In this document: positions 60,713 to 64,000 of the stretch, in pieces
How the letters are laid out: the number at the start of each line of letters is the position of its first letter
How positions within the stretch are numbered: position 1 is the stretch's first letter
From: Lama guanicoe
Lineage: Eukaryota
Direction of reading: 5' to 3'
DNA length: 64,000 bases
Assembly: GCA_013239625.1 (NCBI GenBank)
Contig: MU054001.1
Span: 4,876,167-4,940,166 of the forward strand
The notes under the pieces: generated by a model
Database searches by the model: none
What the model was told of the DNA's origin: nothing
What the model saw: the letters and a program-made list of their open reading frames with translations, nothing else
Program-made: the position numbers and the translations under genes

Positions 60713-61068
60713 TTTTCCAAAAAAAAAAAAAAAAAAAAAAAAAAGAAAGATTCCATCACTTTCCTAAAAGGATATGGGTCAGCTAACAGCACAGGAAGTC
60801 TCGGGTAATTTTAACAGAACAGAAATAGAAGGGAAAGCCCAGAGTGAAGGGGAGGAAGGGGAGCCTGCACGCACTTAGTCAGGAGAGGAGTGTGGGTACG
60901 AAGGACTGTGTGGGCAGAGGACTGGCCAGCACTGGCTGACGGGATGTGACACAGGTCTCCTTGGACAGGGTATGCACCTCTGCCTGCCCAACCCCAACAT
61001 TCTCTCCAGCCTCTCTTTGAATGGAACCCCAGTTTTGCATCAGGCACTGTACTCACCTCATGGTGGGG

Positions 61069-61620
61069 TGAGGGTCTTAACTTCTCTTGTGTCAGGGACC
61101 CCTTGGCAGCCTCAGAATAATACTTTTAAATGCATAAAATATGAGATATAGCCTTGCAAAGGCAGCAAATTATATTAAAATGCAATTGGTAAAATAGTTT
61201 TTTGTTTTAGAGCTCAGTGGGGGAGCGCATGCTTAGCATGCATGAGGTCCGTCTAGGGTTCAATCCCAGGTACCTCCGTTGAAAAAAAAACCTAATTGCC
61301 CACCCCCAAAATAAAAAATAAAACAAATCTATAAAAATATTTTATAGATGTGCTCTGTTGGCATGTTATGTAATACTCATGGCAGGTCTAACCGCCACAT
61401 TCTTTTGAAGTAGTGAAAAGCGGAAACGCTATTTTGAGGCTTCTGCAACAACTGAGGTGTGATTGGGAAAATGTGCTTTCTCATGGTGATAAAGTCACAG
61501 AGACTGATCACATCATTGTAATTTGTTGCCTACATTTGTAATTTAAGAGATGATCGAGTTTAGTTAGAGGTTAGTAAAAATAAAAATGTCATTTTTTTTC
61601 CTATCCACGTTCACAGATGC
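61069..61620 (+). mobile_element. hAT-Charlie element (Charlie4a/MER80-like), interrupted by a SINE
   Basis: gggtcttaacttc...ggacccc...ctcagaataatacttttaaatgcataaaa...ctgcaacaactg...gttagaggttagtaaaaataaaaatgt...gttcacaga. Confidence 0.75.
61210..61330 (+). mobile_element. tRNA-derived SINE (Vic-1 type), 5' clipped
   Basis: agctcagtgggggagcgcatgcttagcatgcatgaggtcc...gggttcaatcccaggtacctcc...aaacctaattgccc, followed by an A-rich tail. Confidence 0.85.
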
Positions 61621-62229
61621 TAGGAAACTGAGCCTCCGTTTCCTCCTATTGAAGTGCAGGTGATCACAGTGACCACAGGGCTGTTGGGAGATTCGAGAAC
61701 AAACCTGATCGGACGGCTCGTCTGGAGGGTCTGATGTAATCTGTGACAAGTGCAAATTCGGACTCCCAGTAGGAGCCCTGATCTGGAGGAACCCAGACAA
61801 GTCTAATCGCCTCCCTTCTGAACCTTGTCTCTCCAAGTTGACCACCCACACTGGGGCCTTCTGAGTCCCCATGCTCACTGCTCGACCACGGTGGGCGTAG
61901 CCATCGACACCCTTCTAAACTGCTCACCTCTCCAGGTGTGCCAGGACCTGACAGAATGTTCACCCGTCCTCGTGGATACATGCTCCGTGCCTTTGCTAAA
62001 TCTGTCTGGAGTGAGGAGCAGATTCCCAGCATTTAGGGATGAATAGGACTGAACCCAGGTGCACGAGGTGTGATCACGTGGCTTTCCAGAAAGTGGAAGG
62101 GGGGCCCTTCTCATCTCAGAACCTTTTGGTGATTCCTGTCTCCCTCAGTGACTCACAGCAGCCTGCAGGGCCCTCTCTCCTCACTGACACTTTCCCTGCC
62201 CCCATTCACAGTCCCTCAGCCACATTTTC

Positions 62230-62515
62230 CTGGAGCTCACTGAACTTATTCCTGCACAGGGCCTTTGCACCTGCCATCCCTTTGCCTGGCACACCATCCA
62301 CACGTGTGTCTCACACCTTGTCCCTTCTTTATTTTTCTTCCTTGTCCTTATTGCTATCTCAAATTAACAGTGTTTATTCTAGTGTGTGATCTGCCTCCCT
62401 GACTGTGACGTACAGCTCACAAAGGCCAGGACCCTGTTTCTTATTTTCTCCTGGTGCAGTGCCTGCCGGTGAGCCTTGCATGTAGTTGGCGCCTGAAAAT
62501 ATTTGTTGACTGTGA
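62230..62515 (+). mobile_element. L2 3' fragment
   Basis: cagggcctttgcacctgcc...gcatgtagttggcgcctgaaaatatttgttgactg. Confidence 0.75.
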
Positions 62516-62519
62516 AGAG

Positions 62520-62828
62520 GCATTTTGGAGAAGAACTGAATAATAACTGGGTATCAGACAACAGTAAGAAATTATTGTCAATTTGGTTGAGTGTGACAGT
62601 GGTATTGAGGTTAGAGTGAAAAAAAAAGAGGTTGGAGTCCTTATGGGTAAAATGGTAACCTGAGATTTGCTTTAAAATATTCCAGTTTAAGAAAAAAGAG
62701 GGAGTTGATGAAGCAAGAATGGCCAAATGCTGATAACTATTAAAATTAGGAAATGAATACATTTGGGTTAATTGTATTATTCTCTTTCTTTTGGGTGGGT
62801 TTGAACATTTCCGTAATGAAGAGTTTAA
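62520..62828 (+). mobile_element. L1MC4/5- or L1ME-like 3' end
   Basis: gagatttgctttaaaatattccag...gatgaagcaagaatggccaaatgctgataact...tttgaacatttccgtaat. Confidence 0.75.
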
Positions 62829-63614
62829 CACATTTGTTGCACTCATGGGCGAGTGAATGAATAGTGTACAAAGTGCAAGTAGCCCAGAGCCTAGCACATA
62901 ACACACACTTACCAGTATTAGCTTGTAAAATTATCCATAAAAATGATGAGGGAGCAGATGAGAAAGTGCACTGCAGACGGGAACACACTGAACTCGGAGG
63001 GAGGATGATAGATACTGTTGTAGCTGATGTTCTTGAAAAGCAGCCCTCTGGTGGCCACGCCCACCCCGGGGCCTGGGCAGCCAGACAGGAAAATGCTGGC
63101 TGTGGCTGCCTGGCTGAGCAGGTAGAAGGCTCAGGAAGCTTTCAGGTGTCTGTCCAGCCGCCACACCCCACCCACTCACACGTGGTAACTGGCTTTAAGT
63201 GGCTTGAGGTAGGGTGGGCTTCTGTGGCCACGGCACTGAATAGCTGCTGGCCTGGGCAGGACCCTCAGGGGTGTCATGGAGGCAGGCGCTCATGCAGTGC
63301 TGAGAGGTCCGCGGATGGATGCAGTCCCAGGTTCTCAAGCCCACCCACACAGTCAGGCTCTCTGGGGAGGAGGGCACGTCGTGTTTGTGGTCAGACAGAC
63401 AGAGGGAGCCCCAGGGGGCTCTCAGTGGGGCCAGGGAAGCCAGCGAGACAGGACTGGCTCTATTGCCTGGAGTTTCCTGCTGCAGGTTGGAGCTGCAGGG
63501 GCAGGATTCGTGCTCCAGGAGGTGGGCAGAGGGCAGGGTGGTGGCCGCACAGCCCACCTGGCTCAGGGCCACCCCCTCTCTGTGATTGTCCTGTTTGGCA
63601 GCAGAGCACTGATA

Positions 63615-63860
63615 GTTACAAGCCCAGGTTGGAAGCCAGCAGCTCTGGGTGGGGATGCCAGCTCTGCCACCTGTCAGCTCTGCAACCTTGCACAAGGCAC
63701 TTACCTTCTCTGAGCATGTTTCCAAGTCTGGAAAACAGGATTAATGATAGTCCCCACTTGATCGGGGTTTGCGCTTAAGTGAGGTAATGTGTGTGCCTTG
63801 CCGTGTTTAATGCCTGGCCCTTCCTCGGAGTCAACACACAGTAGTTACGCATTATTGTGG
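63615..63860 (+). mobile_element. MIR
   Basis: ccagctctgccacctgtcagctctgcaaccttgcacaaggcacttaccttctctgagc...gtctggaaaacaggattaatgatag. Confidence 0.75.
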
Positions 63861-64000
63861 GTTTAGTGGGTGGGTGGGCCTCCACAAATATTTCTCAAAT
63901 GATCTAATTTGTTTAGCCTGTAGCCCACTGTCTCCCTAGAATGGCAGAGGGTTGGTTTTCACTGATAAAATTGGGGAGCAGTTAGCAGGAGGAGGGGGAG

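Noticed and set aside
62864..63778. 304-aa ORF
   Set aside because: Non-ATG start, runs into a MIR, no recognisable domain.

Overview
Mammalian non-coding DNA, most likely a camelid (alpaca/llama/camel). The assignment is inferred from four copies of a tRNA-derived SINE matching the camelid Vic-1 type and a cetartiodactyl-type L1 3' tail. I can support no intact protein-coding gene, RNA gene or CRISPR array. The long ORFs in the track come from simple repeats, GC-rich sequence or decayed L1 ORF1/ORF2. A large share of the window is ancient transposon debris: MIR, L2, MaLR/ERVL LTRs, hAT and mariner MITEs, and L1M. The largest structure is a three-level nest at about 31-42.5 kb, where a near-full-length L1MB-like element with a target-site duplication (TSD) sits inside an older L1M, which sits inside an L2. 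Between the repeats are several 200-500 bp repeat-free, locally AT-rich blocks dense in homeodomain, TALE, FOX and SRF motifs. They look like distal enhancers of a developmental regulator lying outside the window; this is an inference, and conservation was not tested. There is one 60-N assembly gap. Repeat subfamily names come from my recollection of consensus sequences and need RepeatMasker/Dfam confirmation. Boundaries of old repeats are approximate. I found no convincing novel biological system.
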